Below, piece after piece: positions 19,526 to 28,447 of a stretch of 64,000 nucleotides of DNA. Source of the DNA: an uncultured candidate division WWE3 bacterium (GTDB taxonomy: Bacteria > Patescibacteriota > WWE3 > UBA101185 > UBA10185). Numbering within the stretch: position 1 is the first letter of the stretch; each line of letters starts with the position of its first letter. The notes beneath the pieces are model-generated. The model searched no databases and had not been told where the DNA came from. It saw nothing but the letters and a program-made list of their open reading frames with translations. The stretch covers positions 633,943-697,942 of the forward strand of contig CALKWN010000065.1 of assembly GCA_938004185.1 (NCBI GenBank). Reading direction: 5' to 3'. The position numbers and the translations under genes are program-made.

Positions 19526-20791
19526 ATGCCTAATGACCTCTTTACTGTTACAGAAACAGCAGAAAAAATCGGTGTTTCAGCAGATACAATAAGACGCTGG
19601 GAAAAAATGGGTCTGATTAAATCAACACGCTCTGAGCAGAACTACAGACTTTTCAGTTTGTCCGAAGTTGAGAGAGTAAAACAGAAACAAGAAGGCACTC
19701 ACAGTCCAATTGGATTTAAAATCCTAAAGAACAATAAAAAGCACCCCTTTACAACAATCGAACTTTTCACAGGAGCCGGTGGAACTGCATTAGGTTTAGA
19801 AAATGCAGGATTCACAAATACTCTAATGGTCGAGATTGATAAGAACGCAGTCCAAACACTTAGAGTCAACAGACCGAAGTGGAATGTTATTCAAGATGAC
19901 ATAAAAAATGTATCGTTTATTGGAAAAGAAGTAGATGTGGTGGAGGGTGGTTTCCCCTGTCAATCTTTCAGCTTTGCTGGGAAAAAAATGGGATTTGAAG
20001 ACACACGAGGTACCTTGTTTTTTGAGTTTGCAAGATGTGTTAAAGAAACACGCCCGAAAGTAGCGGTTGGAGAGAATGTTAGAGGATTACTAAAACACGA
20101 TGACGGAAAAACTTTAAAAGTTATGGTCGATGTACTATCTGAACTCGGATACAAAGTGGCGTATAAAATATTAAGGGCACAATACCTGGATGTACCACAG
20201 AAAAGGGAAAGATTGATTATAATCGGTGTAAGAAATGACCTTGATATACCTATCCTGTTTCCTAAAGAAAAGGACTATTTTATTTCCATACAAGAAGCTT
20301 TAAAGGATGTTCCGGCATCGGAGGGTCAAAAATATCCTGAAAAGAAACGAAAGGTATTAGAACTAGTGCCTCCTGGGGGATACTGGAGAGACCTGCCTCT
20401 GGATATACAAAAAGACTACATGGGAGCCAGTTTTTATATGGGTGGGGGTAAAACAGGAATGGCTAGAAGACTGTCCTGGAATGAACCAAGTTTAACATTA
20501 ACCTGTGCCCCTGCTCAAAAACAAACCGAAAGGTGTCACCCAGAGGAAACAAGACCACTTTCCTATCGCGAATATGCCAGAATACAGACTTTTCCTGATG
20601 AATGGGATTTTGCTGGCTCATTAGCTTCAAAATACAAACAAATAGGAAACGCTGTTCCCGTAAATCTCGGTTATCACATAGGTAAAGCACTAATAGCAAT
20701 GCTTGAAAAAGACCCGAACCGAGAAGACTTTGTTGAGGTTAAGGAACCAGCTACAAGTAAAAACTTAAACATGCCGCTTTTCCCTAATTAA
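19526..20791 (+). CDS. DNA (cytosine-5) methyltransferase with N-terminal MerR-type HTH
   Basis: ELFTGAGG, GFPCQ, ENV, QKRER, QIGNAVP; N-terminal GVSADTIRRWE...NYRLF. Confidence 0.93.
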   Translation: MPNDLFTVTETAEKIGVSADTIRRWEKMGLIKSTRSEQNYRLFSLSEVERVKQKQEGTHSPIGFKILKNNKKHPFTTIELFTGAGGTALGLENAGFTNTLMVEIDKNAVQTLRVNRPKWNVIQDDIKNVSFIGKEVDVVEGGFPCQSFSFAGKKMGFEDTRGTLFFEFARCVKETRPKVAVGENVRGLLKHDDGKTLKVMVDVLSELGYKVAYKILRAQYLDVPQKRERLIIIGVRNDLDIPILFPKEKDYFISIQEALKDVPASEGQKYPEKKRKVLELVPPGGYWRDLPLDIQKDYMGASFYMGGGKTGMARRLSWNEPSLTLTCAPAQKQTERCHPEETRPLSYREYARIQTFPDEWDFAGSLASKYKQIGNAVPVNLGYHIGKALIAMLEKDPNREDFVEVKEPATSKNLNMPLFPN

Positions 20792-20820
20792 AGTATGTAT
20801 AATATTAGTAGGTATAGAAA

Positions 20821-21432
20821 ATGAAAACACCATATATTTTTGACTATAAAAAAGCAACACAAGCAATAAACTACTTAGCTAATAAATATCCGTCAGGAAC
20901 AGTAGGCAAAATGAAGGTTATAAAACTGATATGGGCTGCCGATAGATATCATTTGAGAAAATATGGTAGACCAATAATTGGCGACGACTATGTTGCCATG
21001 CAATATGGTCCTGTCGGGTCATCAACCAAAGACATAGCCGGTAAAAATAGCTTCCTTGATGAAAAAGAAAAAAGATACGCGAACTATTATTTAGATGGAC
21101 CGATTGGTAATAATATTAAGTCACTAAGAAAGCCCGATTTGGATGTGTTTTCGGAAACAGACTTAGAAGCTTTAGACTTTTCTTATACAAACTTTGGTAA
21201 TAAAACACCGACTGAACTAGTAGACATTTCTCATCAATATCCGGAATGGAAAAAGTTTAAAGTCTATTTCGACTCAAAGGCTACAACTCGAGAACCTATG
21301 TCATACATGGACTTTTTTAAAGACCCGGAAACAACTCAAAAAAACGATGTTTTCAAAGAAGAAGATGAACTTGTAAAACTTAGTGAATCAATCTTTACCG
21401 AAAATAATACTTCTGCCCAGCAATGGACTTAA
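20821..21432 (+). CDS. Panacea (DUF4065/SocA-like) antitoxin
   Basis: KVIKLIWAADRYHLRKYGRPIIGDDYVAMQYGPV, ISHQYPEW. Confidence 0.85.
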   Translation: MKTPYIFDYKKATQAINYLANKYPSGTVGKMKVIKLIWAADRYHLRKYGRPIIGDDYVAMQYGPVGSSTKDIAGKNSFLDEKEKRYANYYLDGPIGNNIKSLRKPDLDVFSETDLEALDFSYTNFGNKTPTELVDISHQYPEWKKFKVYFDSKATTREPMSYMDFFKDPETTQKNDVFKEEDELVKLSESIFTENNTSAQQWT

Positions 21433-21436
21433 GTTG

Positions 21437-21892
21437 ATGGGTACAAGAGGTTTTACTGTGAAAATCCCCAAACAGATAGCAATAACCGTATCTCTCGAAC
21501 AAGGTACCGTGTATCTCTTTTCTGAAGAAAGTTTCGATACAACTACACCTCATTTCTTCATTATCTTAAACAAAAACCCTGTCGAAGACCCCTTTTTAAT
21601 AATGACCTGTGCTACTTCTCAAGTTGAAAAAAGGTATGAGTGGGTCAAGAAAAATGGCTTGGATTTAGAAACTATCGTTCCTATAGATGAAAGTAGCTAT
21701 AAGTTTCTGAACAGAGAAACTGTTGTCGATTGCAACCAATTACTTCAAAGGACAAAGGAAGTCTTAATGGACAAGTACGACAGTGGAAACCTAAAACTCA
21801 AAGGTAAAGTAACTCAAAAAGACCTTAATCGGATTATTAATGGGGTAAGAAAAAGTAAACTTGTAAGCAAGTCCCACAAAAACCTACTTTAA
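21437..21892 (+). CDS. Putative toxin (PemK/MazF-like fold) paired with Panacea
   Basis: PHFFIILN...CATSQ...VVDCNQL pattern; directly after the antitoxin; start uncertain. Confidence 0.5.
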   Translation: MGTRGFTVKIPKQIAITVSLEQGTVYLFSEESFDTTTPHFFIILNKNPVEDPFLIMTCATSQVEKRYEWVKKNGLDLETIVPIDESSYKFLNRETVVDCNQLLQRTKEVLMDKYDSGNLKLKGKVTQKDLNRIINGVRKSKLVSKSHKNLL

Positions 21893-22214
21893 GAAAAAAC
21901 TCTTTAAAGTAAAACGGGCAATAAACTTTACACATAAGCGACTACAGAGAGGGAAAAGGTCATTGACACTCTCCATCATTGAGTGCTATAAGTTTGGGCA
22001 CAAGTGAAAAAAAACAAACACTCACTGGCACAGTGAGTCCAGCCCAACACACAGACCGCCAGTTTTAAATGAGGCGGTATTTTTGTAACTGCAGGCACAT
22101 GAACAACTGAAGATTGAAAGGATACGCTGGTAGGTAGCATCTCCTCAAGACGACAGAACTTTACAGCACCAGGTTCGTTCGTACTTTTACGAACCTTTGA
22201 GAGGAGGTGTTTTT

Positions 22215-22343
22215 ATGTTTAATCAAAAGGGTAAAAAAAGTAATCCCGCCACCGAAATAGTAGAGGGATTCTTTTTTGACGAAGCGATAGGTCTATTTTT
22301 ACCCAATAGACTGTTGAAACTACTTGTGAGACCGACAGCATAA
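22215..22343 (+). CDS. 42-aa small protein inside a fold-back RNA
   Basis: SD GAGGAGGT; MFNQKGKKSNPATEIVEGFFFDEAIGLFLPNRLLKLLVRPTA. Confidence 0.55.
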   Translation: MFNQKGKKSNPATEIVEGFFFDEAIGLFLPNRLLKLLVRPTA

Positions 22344-22629
22344 CATCTGGTAAGTAACACAGCAAGCCAGCGTATCCTTACAGTCTTTAATAAATAATAT
22401 CACTAAATAAAACCGGACAAAACAAAAACATATGCTTTCTACCTAACTAGACTAAGACAGGTATCAAACTTCGTATAAAAGCAACTATAGGGAGCCAATA
22501 CTTTATATATTTACAAAGTACCCCCTAAACTTGCTACAAGACCCCATACATGCTATTACTACCTCAAATACAAGAAAAAACCATCCGGATTCGGTTCTTT
22601 CTTATAATTCCAAGCGAAGGAGGTACAAA

Positions 22630-22779
22630 ATGTTCTTAGCACCCGAGGATTACAACGTGATGCCGGCGGAGATGCGTGAAGGAAACTCGACATGCCCTCA
22701 GGGTTCGCAATGCATGTGCCAATGTCCCTGCAATTGTCGAAACACTACTGAGGTAAACCCTTCCACACAGGTTCGGTAA
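22630..22779 (+). CDS. Cys-rich RiPP precursor peptide (49 aa)
   Basis: SD AGGAGG; core CPQGSQCMCQCPCNC; directly upstream of the rSAM/SPASM gene. Confidence 0.8.
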   Translation: MFLAPEDYNVMPAEMREGNSTCPQGSQCMCQCPCNCRNTTEVNPSTQVR

Positions 22780-22786
22780 GCATTAC

Positions 22787-22838
22787 GGGGAGAGGACTAC
22801 GATAATAAACCGGATAAATTATTCGTAGTTCTCTCTTT
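22787..22838 (+). terminator. Long hairpin between precursor and maturase
   Basis: GGGGAGAGGACTACGA / TCGTAGTTCTCTCTTT. Confidence 0.65.
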
Positions 22839-22882
22839 TGCACTTTAACTTTCTAATACCCAATACTAATTTGGAGGTCACC

Positions 22883-24217
22883 ATGAACTTAGCATTATCT
22901 TCCTATACACACCTGCTAAAAGTAGACGAAGCAACGTATGCTCTTTTAAACGCTTTGTGGCTTCGTGTAGTCTTTCTGCAGGAACCGTACGTGTCCGTTA
23001 TGCAAGAATCTTTGAAACACGGGCAATTACCACAAGCAACACCCAACGATATTGAAGAGAAAACGTGGGAACTCTTCAAAGATTTACTTAAAAAAGAAAT
23101 GTTTCTGGACCCGGTTGAGGACATTATTCACCTACAAAAAGTGCGTGAAGAAATGGAACAAGAACACATTTCCATAATGTATTTGATACTTTCAAATAAT
23201 TGCAACTTGCGCTGCGAATATTGCTATCTACATGAATTGCTTACACCAAAAGTCCAAAATGCACCGATGTATATGAGCGTTGAAACAATGAACAAAGCAA
23301 TTGATTATTTTGCTGACTTGGTTAACGGAGTCATTGCTCACCCCCAAATTGTACTTTATGGAGGCGAACCTACGCTTAATCCAAACATGGAATACCTAAT
23401 AAAACTGGTCTATGAAAAAATCCTGGGGGTCAATATATCTCTCGTAACAAATGGGACACTCATAACAAAGGACTTAGCAGAAATTCTTGCTAAATATCAC
23501 ATAAATGTAGGTGTCTCCATTGACGGGCCACAGAAAATACACGATACAAATCGCAAGTTCCACAATGGGCGCGGCTCTTTTGAAGAAGCCCTTAAGGGTT
23601 ACAAAACCCTGTTGGAAAAAGGCGCTCTGGCGGGGATATCCTGCACAATTACAATGCAAAACGCACCGACTCTGGTGGATACAATGCACTGGCTATTGGA
23701 TGAACAGGGAGTCCTAGGCATAGATTTCAATTTGTTAATCGATGAAGAATCCTCGGAATACCCGGAAATAGCCACCAAAGGACTCATGGAATGCTATGAG
23801 CTGGCAAAACAACGCGGTTTGCCACTGGAACGTGTGCTAAGAAGAGTACAACCATTCTCTGAGGGACGATTGAACTTACACGACTGCGGCGGCACAGGAA
23901 ACCAAATCGTAATAACCACAGATGGTAGAGTGGGAATTTGTCAGGGGTTCCTAAATTCGGGCGATTTTTTCTTTCCCTTGGAAGAAATTAAGGACCCGAA
24001 TACACACCCACTTTGGGCTGAATGGCGGAAACGCTCACCAATTAACATTGATGGGTGCCATTCTTGTCCTGCCTTTGGTATTTGCGGTGGCGGATGTTTC
24101 TACGGTCCTTACACCCGACACGGCTCCATAATGAAACTAGATCCGGTACATTGTACGCACGTGCTAGCAACGCTGGATGTTATTCTCAAAGATTTATGGA
24201 AAAAGCAGAGAGGATAA
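22883..24217 (+). CDS. Radical SAM/SPASM peptide maturase
   Basis: CNLRCEYC, YGGEP, SIDG; SPASM cysteines C...C...CxxCx5Cx3C...C; N-terminal ~90-aa extension; SD GGAGG. Confidence 0.92.
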   Translation: MNLALSSYTHLLKVDEATYALLNALWLRVVFLQEPYVSVMQESLKHGQLPQATPNDIEEKTWELFKDLLKKEMFLDPVEDIIHLQKVREEMEQEHISIMYLILSNNCNLRCEYCYLHELLTPKVQNAPMYMSVETMNKAIDYFADLVNGVIAHPQIVLYGGEPTLNPNMEYLIKLVYEKILGVNISLVTNGTLITKDLAEILAKYHINVGVSIDGPQKIHDTNRKFHNGRGSFEEALKGYKTLLEKGALAGISCTITMQNAPTLVDTMHWLLDEQGVLGIDFNLLIDEESSEYPEIATKGLMECYELAKQRGLPLERVLRRVQPFSEGRLNLHDCGGTGNQIVITTDGRVGICQGFLNSGDFFFPLEEIKDPNTHPLWAEWRKRSPINIDGCHSCPAFGICGGGCFYGPYTRHGSIMKLDPVHCTHVLATLDVILKDLWKKQRG

Positions 24218-24270
24218 CTAAAAAGAATTGTACTGCTCTACATACCCCACGGGGCAGTACAATTCTCACA

Positions 24271-25008
24271 CTAACTATCCTTAGAACTCTCTTTAAACCA
24301 TTTAATTCCATTGCTCAAATATTCATTGAAGGTTTCTCTATTTATAAAAAGGTCTTTTAATAAATCTTTTGCTTTTTGTAAGTGTGGATAATTATACAGA
24401 TAAGAATCATAGCCTCTGAGGTGTCTGGGCCATAATTCGTTTAATGTGGTATCTAGTCCCAAGATTGCGTTCGAGGTTATTTCATTCAGTCCCCAATAAT
24501 AAAAGTTTTCGTCTTTTTCTGCCTCTTCTCCAAACCTTTCATACAAAATAGACCATATGTGCGATATTAATATTTCATGTGCTGTAATACGAGCATGTTC
24601 CCCAGTAGGAACAAAAAGACCTCTTAAAACCTTATCTTCTCCAAAACTACTAACGCCCGTATTAAAAGGACTTAAGACAACAAAGAACTTATCATGGAAC
24701 CAATTGTGCGAAGTTATCTCTGGAACCCTTTTAGAAAAAATGGTGTGTATTCCTGACCAGGTATGTGCATAACCTTTAAGTGCTTGTTTAAATTCTTGCT
24801 CCAGTGGTTGATATCTTTTTGAAACATAATTTTCGGCATACTGTTGAACCATGGAGTAATCGGCTTCACCGGCAAGAGTATTAGCCACTTCCACTTCTAT
24901 ACCCATGCTTTTAGCGCGCGTTTCTCTTTCATTTGGGGCGCAATAAAACAACATAGACCAAGTTATTCCGGCATCATATTTCGAATCTTTAATAAACTCT
25001 ACCTGCAT
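24271..25008 (-). CDS. Putative zincin-like metalloprotein
   Basis: TAHEILISH and downstream WGLNE; atypical HE..H spacing. Confidence 0.45.
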   Translation of the reverse strand: MQVEFIKDSKYDAGITWSMLFYCAPNERETRAKSMGIEVEVANTLAGEADYSMVQQYAENYVSKRYQPLEQEFKQALKGYAHTWSGIHTIFSKRVPEITSHNWFHDKFFVVLSPFNTGVSSFGEDKVLRGLFVPTGEHARITAHEILISHIWSILYERFGEEAEKDENFYYWGLNEITSNAILGLDTTLNELWPRHLRGYDSYLYNYPHLQKAKDLLKDLFINRETFNEYLSNGIKWFKESSKDS

Positions 25009-25155
25009 AATGTTATTTTATCACTCAAACCCAGTAATAAACTGGATTGCAAATATTAACGAAATGGTACTAGATATCGTTTTTTTTTTATAAAGAAGTA
25101 TCACCGAACAAAAAGGTTATATTTCTAATAAAGTTCTGAATGGGGAGCCACACAT

Positions 25156-25194
25156 ACACTATAGGTTGACAAAATGGGGTGGGAGGGGTAGAAT
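25156..25194 (+). promoter_or_regulatory. Sigma70 promoter carrying ACACTATAGGTTGAC motif
   Basis: TTGACA(25166)-17-TAGAAT(25189). Confidence 0.8.
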
Positions 25195-25257
25195 TATCCC
25201 TTAGTCAAGCAACCGCGTAAATTTCTATGCGGATTAATCCAAAATAAGGAGATTGAA

Positions 25258-25824
25258 ATGACCGTTTTGTTTGGTTCCGTTAAGTTCTATAGCGAAAAGG
25301 GGTTTGGCTTTATCAGCCTTGATAAACCCCAAGATTTATTTTTCCATATCAAAAACTACTCAAAACCCGTTGCAACTGAGCGTGGTGTAGTTTTTGAACG
25401 CGTATATAAAAACTCTGTTCGTTACCCTCAGCCGGGGGATTCCGTAGCATTTGAAATGACTATGGGGAACAGGGGTTTTGTCGCAAACCCTTGGTGTTAT
25501 ACCGAGGATTACCATAAAGCTTTGGAAATCTTCGAAAAATGGCCGCAACCACAACGGTACAGAGTCGTTACGGTCCACGATCAGATCCACATAAGTGGGT
25601 TTGTTGGCGAACCTCACGTAACGTGGGGCGGTGAAAAAGGAGGTACGTTTGAGGAACTCTGTAGAACGTATCCCCGGGATCGTTATGACAAATTACAGTA
25701 TTTTGGTCATGACGACTTCAATGCAACACACTACATCCAGCAATTAAAGGATGGAAAGTGGGTTAACATCGAAGACCCGAGACCGTATGTGGAAGATCGG
25801 TATAGATCCAGACGTCGCTGGTAA
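25258..25824 (+). CDS. Cold-shock-domain protein with C-terminal extension
   Basis: GSVKFYSEKGFGFI (RNP1) and DLFFHI (RNP2). Confidence 0.75.
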   Translation: MTVLFGSVKFYSEKGFGFISLDKPQDLFFHIKNYSKPVATERGVVFERVYKNSVRYPQPGDSVAFEMTMGNRGFVANPWCYTEDYHKALEIFEKWPQPQRYRVVTVHDQIHISGFVGEPHVTWGGEKGGTFEELCRTYPRDRYDKLQYFGHDDFNATHYIQQLKDGKWVNIEDPRPYVEDRYRSRRRW

Positions 25825-25843
25825 ATGGTAAAGGGGGGAAAGC

Positions 25844-26020
25844 ATGAAAGCGGTAATAATTATGGCAATAGCCATAGTGTTAGACGCCGTGCTGGTTGTT
25901 GTGTACACAACTGCGTACATAAACAGCCCTGAGAACGGGAATAATCTTTTGCTAGCAATTTTCTGGTTTGCGCTTTATATAGGTAACGTAGTGCGCATAT
26001 ACCACTACAAAAACAGATAA
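25844..26020 (+). CDS. 58-aa 2-TM protein (not in ORF track)
   Basis: MKAVIIMAIAIVLDAVLVVVY...; G-rich SD; terminator-like hairpin at 26033-26079. Confidence 0.6.
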   Translation: MKAVIIMAIAIVLDAVLVVVYTTAYINSPENGNNLLLAIFWFALYIGNVVRIYHYKNR

Positions 26021-26186
26021 ACCTAACAACCCGCCGCCGTAAGGAAGTGTGCAAACACAACCCCAAGGCGGCTTTTTCTTTTCTAAAACTCATACATTAA
26101 CAACCGCTCACAAAAACTTAAAATCCTGTTGTCGCTGTTAATAAAAAATAAAGCCCATCATCGCAGTCATAGTCTATAATTTTCAC

Positions 26187-26735
26187 ATGAACAAAATATT
26201 CATAATAGGTCTGGCCGGCTCCGGTAAAACCTTCCTGGCAAACAAACTAAAAAACAGACTTAACTACCCTACCTATACGACCGATTGGATACTATATGAA
26301 AAGGACACCGACCTTAAAAGAATAAAACTTTCCGAAAAAGAGTACCTGAAGAATATCGACAAAATCCTAGCTCAAAATAAATGGATTGTAGAAGGCGTGC
26401 ATTACTTTGAAAAAATTGCGCTCGATGCTGATTTAATACTTTTTCTCGACACACCTATTTACAAAAATATTTTGGGAATAATCAGGAGGTATTTAACCGA
26501 TAAGGAATATAGAAAAACTTATAAACTTCGTGATTCTCTAGCCCTGATACATAAAACTGTCGCCGGCTACTATTCAACTCCTAAAGAAGAGCTTTTATAC
26601 TATCCGAAATACAAAGGTAGAAAAAAGTACCAAAAAGTTTTGGAAAAACACAGGGGTAAGGTTAAGGTTGTGAGAAATATACAAACCTATCTGAAAAGTC
26701 CGGATCCCCCCCCCATCCTAGTAAATAATACTTGA
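26187..26735 (+). CDS. P-loop kinase, FlaR/topology-modulation-like
   Basis: IIGLAGSGKT, WIVEG, ADLILFLD. Confidence 0.75.
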   Translation: MNKIFIIGLAGSGKTFLANKLKNRLNYPTYTTDWILYEKDTDLKRIKLSEKEYLKNIDKILAQNKWIVEGVHYFEKIALDADLILFLDTPIYKNILGIIRRYLTDKEYRKTYKLRDSLALIHKTVAGYYSTPKEELLYYPKYKGRKKYQKVLEKHRGKVKVVRNIQTYLKSPDPPPILVNNT

Positions 26736-26760
26736 CAAAATGTAAAGTAGTTATTACATT
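26732..26760 (+). promoter_or_regulatory. Promoter with inverted-repeat operator
   Basis: TTGACA at 26732; AATGTAA-N8-TTACATT at 26739-26760 upstream of the DUF2178/XRE genes. Confidence 0.65.
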
Positions 26761-26769
26761 GTAATAGAT

Positions 26770-27192
26770 ATGGATAGAAAAAAATATAAGCAAATGAGGG
26801 TTTTTATAGCCTTTTTCGTGGGATTGATTGTTTCTATAGCTTCCACAAGAGGGAGCTATCTTTTGGCGGTAGCCGGAGTAGTTACCGGAATGGTCTTCAT
26901 GGCTCTGGTTCGTTCTAAAGTAAAAATCCCGACAGACGAAAGAGAATTAGCTATTCAAGAAAAGGCGGCCAGAATGGCCTACGCAATATTTGCCCCGACT
27001 CTGGGTATAGCATCTTTCTTACTACTTCTCCCTTCAAAAGGGGGAATTTCTGTTTTCAGCAAAGGCGAGTGGCTATACATTGAATCTTTAGGAATGGTTT
27101 TTGCATACCTCGCACTTTTTTTAATTATCATCTACGCCATCTCGTATCATTTTTTTAACAAAAAGCTCGGGGGCGGTGGTAATGAAAAATAA
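26770..27192 (+). CDS. DUF2178-like membrane protein
   Basis: DERELAIQEKAA motif between TM helices; adjacent XRE gene. Confidence 0.75.
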   Translation: MDRKKYKQMRVFIAFFVGLIVSIASTRGSYLLAVAGVVTGMVFMALVRSKVKIPTDERELAIQEKAARMAYAIFAPTLGIASFLLLLPSKGGISVFSKGEWLYIESLGMVFAYLALFLIIIYAISYHFFNKKLGGGGNEK

Positions 27193-27388
27193 ACTAAAGG
27201 TCTACCGGGCAATGCATAATCTAACTCAGGAGCAACTTGCGGATAAAATTAATGTGAGCAGACAAACCGTCATTGCTATTGAAAATGATAAATACCTCCC
27301 AACCCTAGGCCTTGCATTTAAAATCGCAAATTTATTTAAAGTTAAAATTGAGGATATTTTTTCATATGAAGAAAATAATGAAAATTAG
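27182..27388 (+). CDS. XRE-family HTH regulator
   Basis: LTQEQLA...VSRQTVIAIE...YLPTL. Confidence 0.92.
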   Translation: MKNKLKVYRAMHNLTQEQLADKINVSRQTVIAIENDKYLPTLGLAFKIANLFKVKIEDIFSYEENNEN

Positions 27389-27785
27389 AAACTCCCGGGA
27401 AAAGGTTTTTTACATAATCGCGATAGGCATAAGCATAACCTTTCTATTCTTATTTATAGGTTCTGTGTGGATCGGGTACGAAGCTAAAAATATTTGTCAG
27501 AACGCCAAGTGGCAATATAGCGGAGATTGTGTGGAAGCACTGATTACTCAACTAGACGACCAACATCAGGGCTACAGAACAAGAAATCATGCTATTTGGG
27601 CACTCGGTCAATTCGGAGATTCACGCGCTCTGCCGATTCTTGAAAAATACTACACAGGAGTTATTCCCGACAGAGAACCTTTAGATGAAACAATAAGCCA
27701 GTATGAGTTGGAAAAAGCTATTAAACTGGTTGAGGGTGGAACTAATATTACATCGTGGCTTTGGCGCAGTGAGTTGTCTGAATAA
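27378..27785 (+). CDS. Membrane-anchored HEAT-repeat protein
   Basis: TM helix then RNHAIWALGQFGDSRALP. Confidence 0.7.
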   Translation: MKIRNSREKVFYIIAIGISITFLFLFIGSVWIGYEAKNICQNAKWQYSGDCVEALITQLDDQHQGYRTRNHAIWALGQFGDSRALPILEKYYTGVIPDREPLDETISQYELEKAIKLVEGGTNITSWLWRSELSE

Positions 27786-27835
27786 TTTTCTGATACAATG
27801 AATTTAGTAAGGTCGCCGTTAGTCGCGAACCGTTT

Positions 27836-28303
27836 ATGAGCAAATTACTACTCGTAATTCTTGTTTTAGGTGCCAGCGCACTAATTTTCTATATTGTCGC
27901 GGGGAATTCCAGCATTTTACCTCCCGAAGCAGAAATTGATGAAAATATTGATTACGAAATGGTAAAGGAGGGTTTACAAGAACAGGGTAGAAGAACCGTT
28001 TATGGAAGCTGTAATGACATCCCCAATTCAAGCAATTGCATAGATTATGTAGGATCAATGTGGAAGGACAACAACTCTGCAGAGTTAAATTGCGGCGAAG
28101 ACAGAAATTTTTCTACCAACGCTTGCCCTTACTCACAACTCGGGGGTTGCCAGGCTAACGGCGGAACTGTAATGGAGATAATCGCCTGGGTTTACGAAGA
28201 GGGGCCCGGACAGTACACCGAGGAAGTAGTAGCTGACGCCGCAAAAGCTTGCAATAGTATTCCAAACGGAAAGTGGGTAACTCCGGAGAGTTTTTTGGAG
28301 TGA
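27836..28303 (+). CDS. Exported Cys-containing hypothetical protein
   Basis: Signal/TM helix; 6 Cys. Confidence 0.7.
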   Translation: MSKLLLVILVLGASALIFYIVAGNSSILPPEAEIDENIDYEMVKEGLQEQGRRTVYGSCNDIPNSSNCIDYVGSMWKDNNSAELNCGEDRNFSTNACPYSQLGGCQANGGTVMEIIAWVYEEGPGQYTEEVVADAAKACNSIPNGKWVTPESFLE

Positions 28304-28447
28304 TAAACCCCTGTTTTTACTTCAAGTACCCCGACCTTTACAAAGTAACATGTGTTTGCTACAATAGCCATTGCTGCAATATCAAGTGTTGTAGTAAATA
28401 AATAAAAACCAAAAATAAAAACTGAATAGAAACGAAAGGAGATATAA

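Larger units (their letters stand above)
13884..22499. mobile_element. Serine-integrase genomic island 1 in tRNA-Asn
   Basis: Direct repeat GGGAGCCAAT at 13884-13893 and 22490-22499; inverted arms TTATACGAA (13900) and TTCGTATAA (22470); integrase, Rep-like and defence cargo. Confidence 0.85.
22490..25150. mobile_element. Tandem island 2 (no integrase) carrying the RiPP locus
   Basis: Second att-like copy GGGGAGCCA at 25142-25150, whose upstream arm resembles the arm at 22468-22489. Confidence 0.7.

Noticed and set aside
22531-22629. N-terminal extension of the precursor in the ORF track
   Set aside because: The strong SD precedes the ATG at 22630; the upstream part looks like promoter and leader.
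13850-25150. Prophage
   Set aside because: No terminase, capsid, portal or tail genes.
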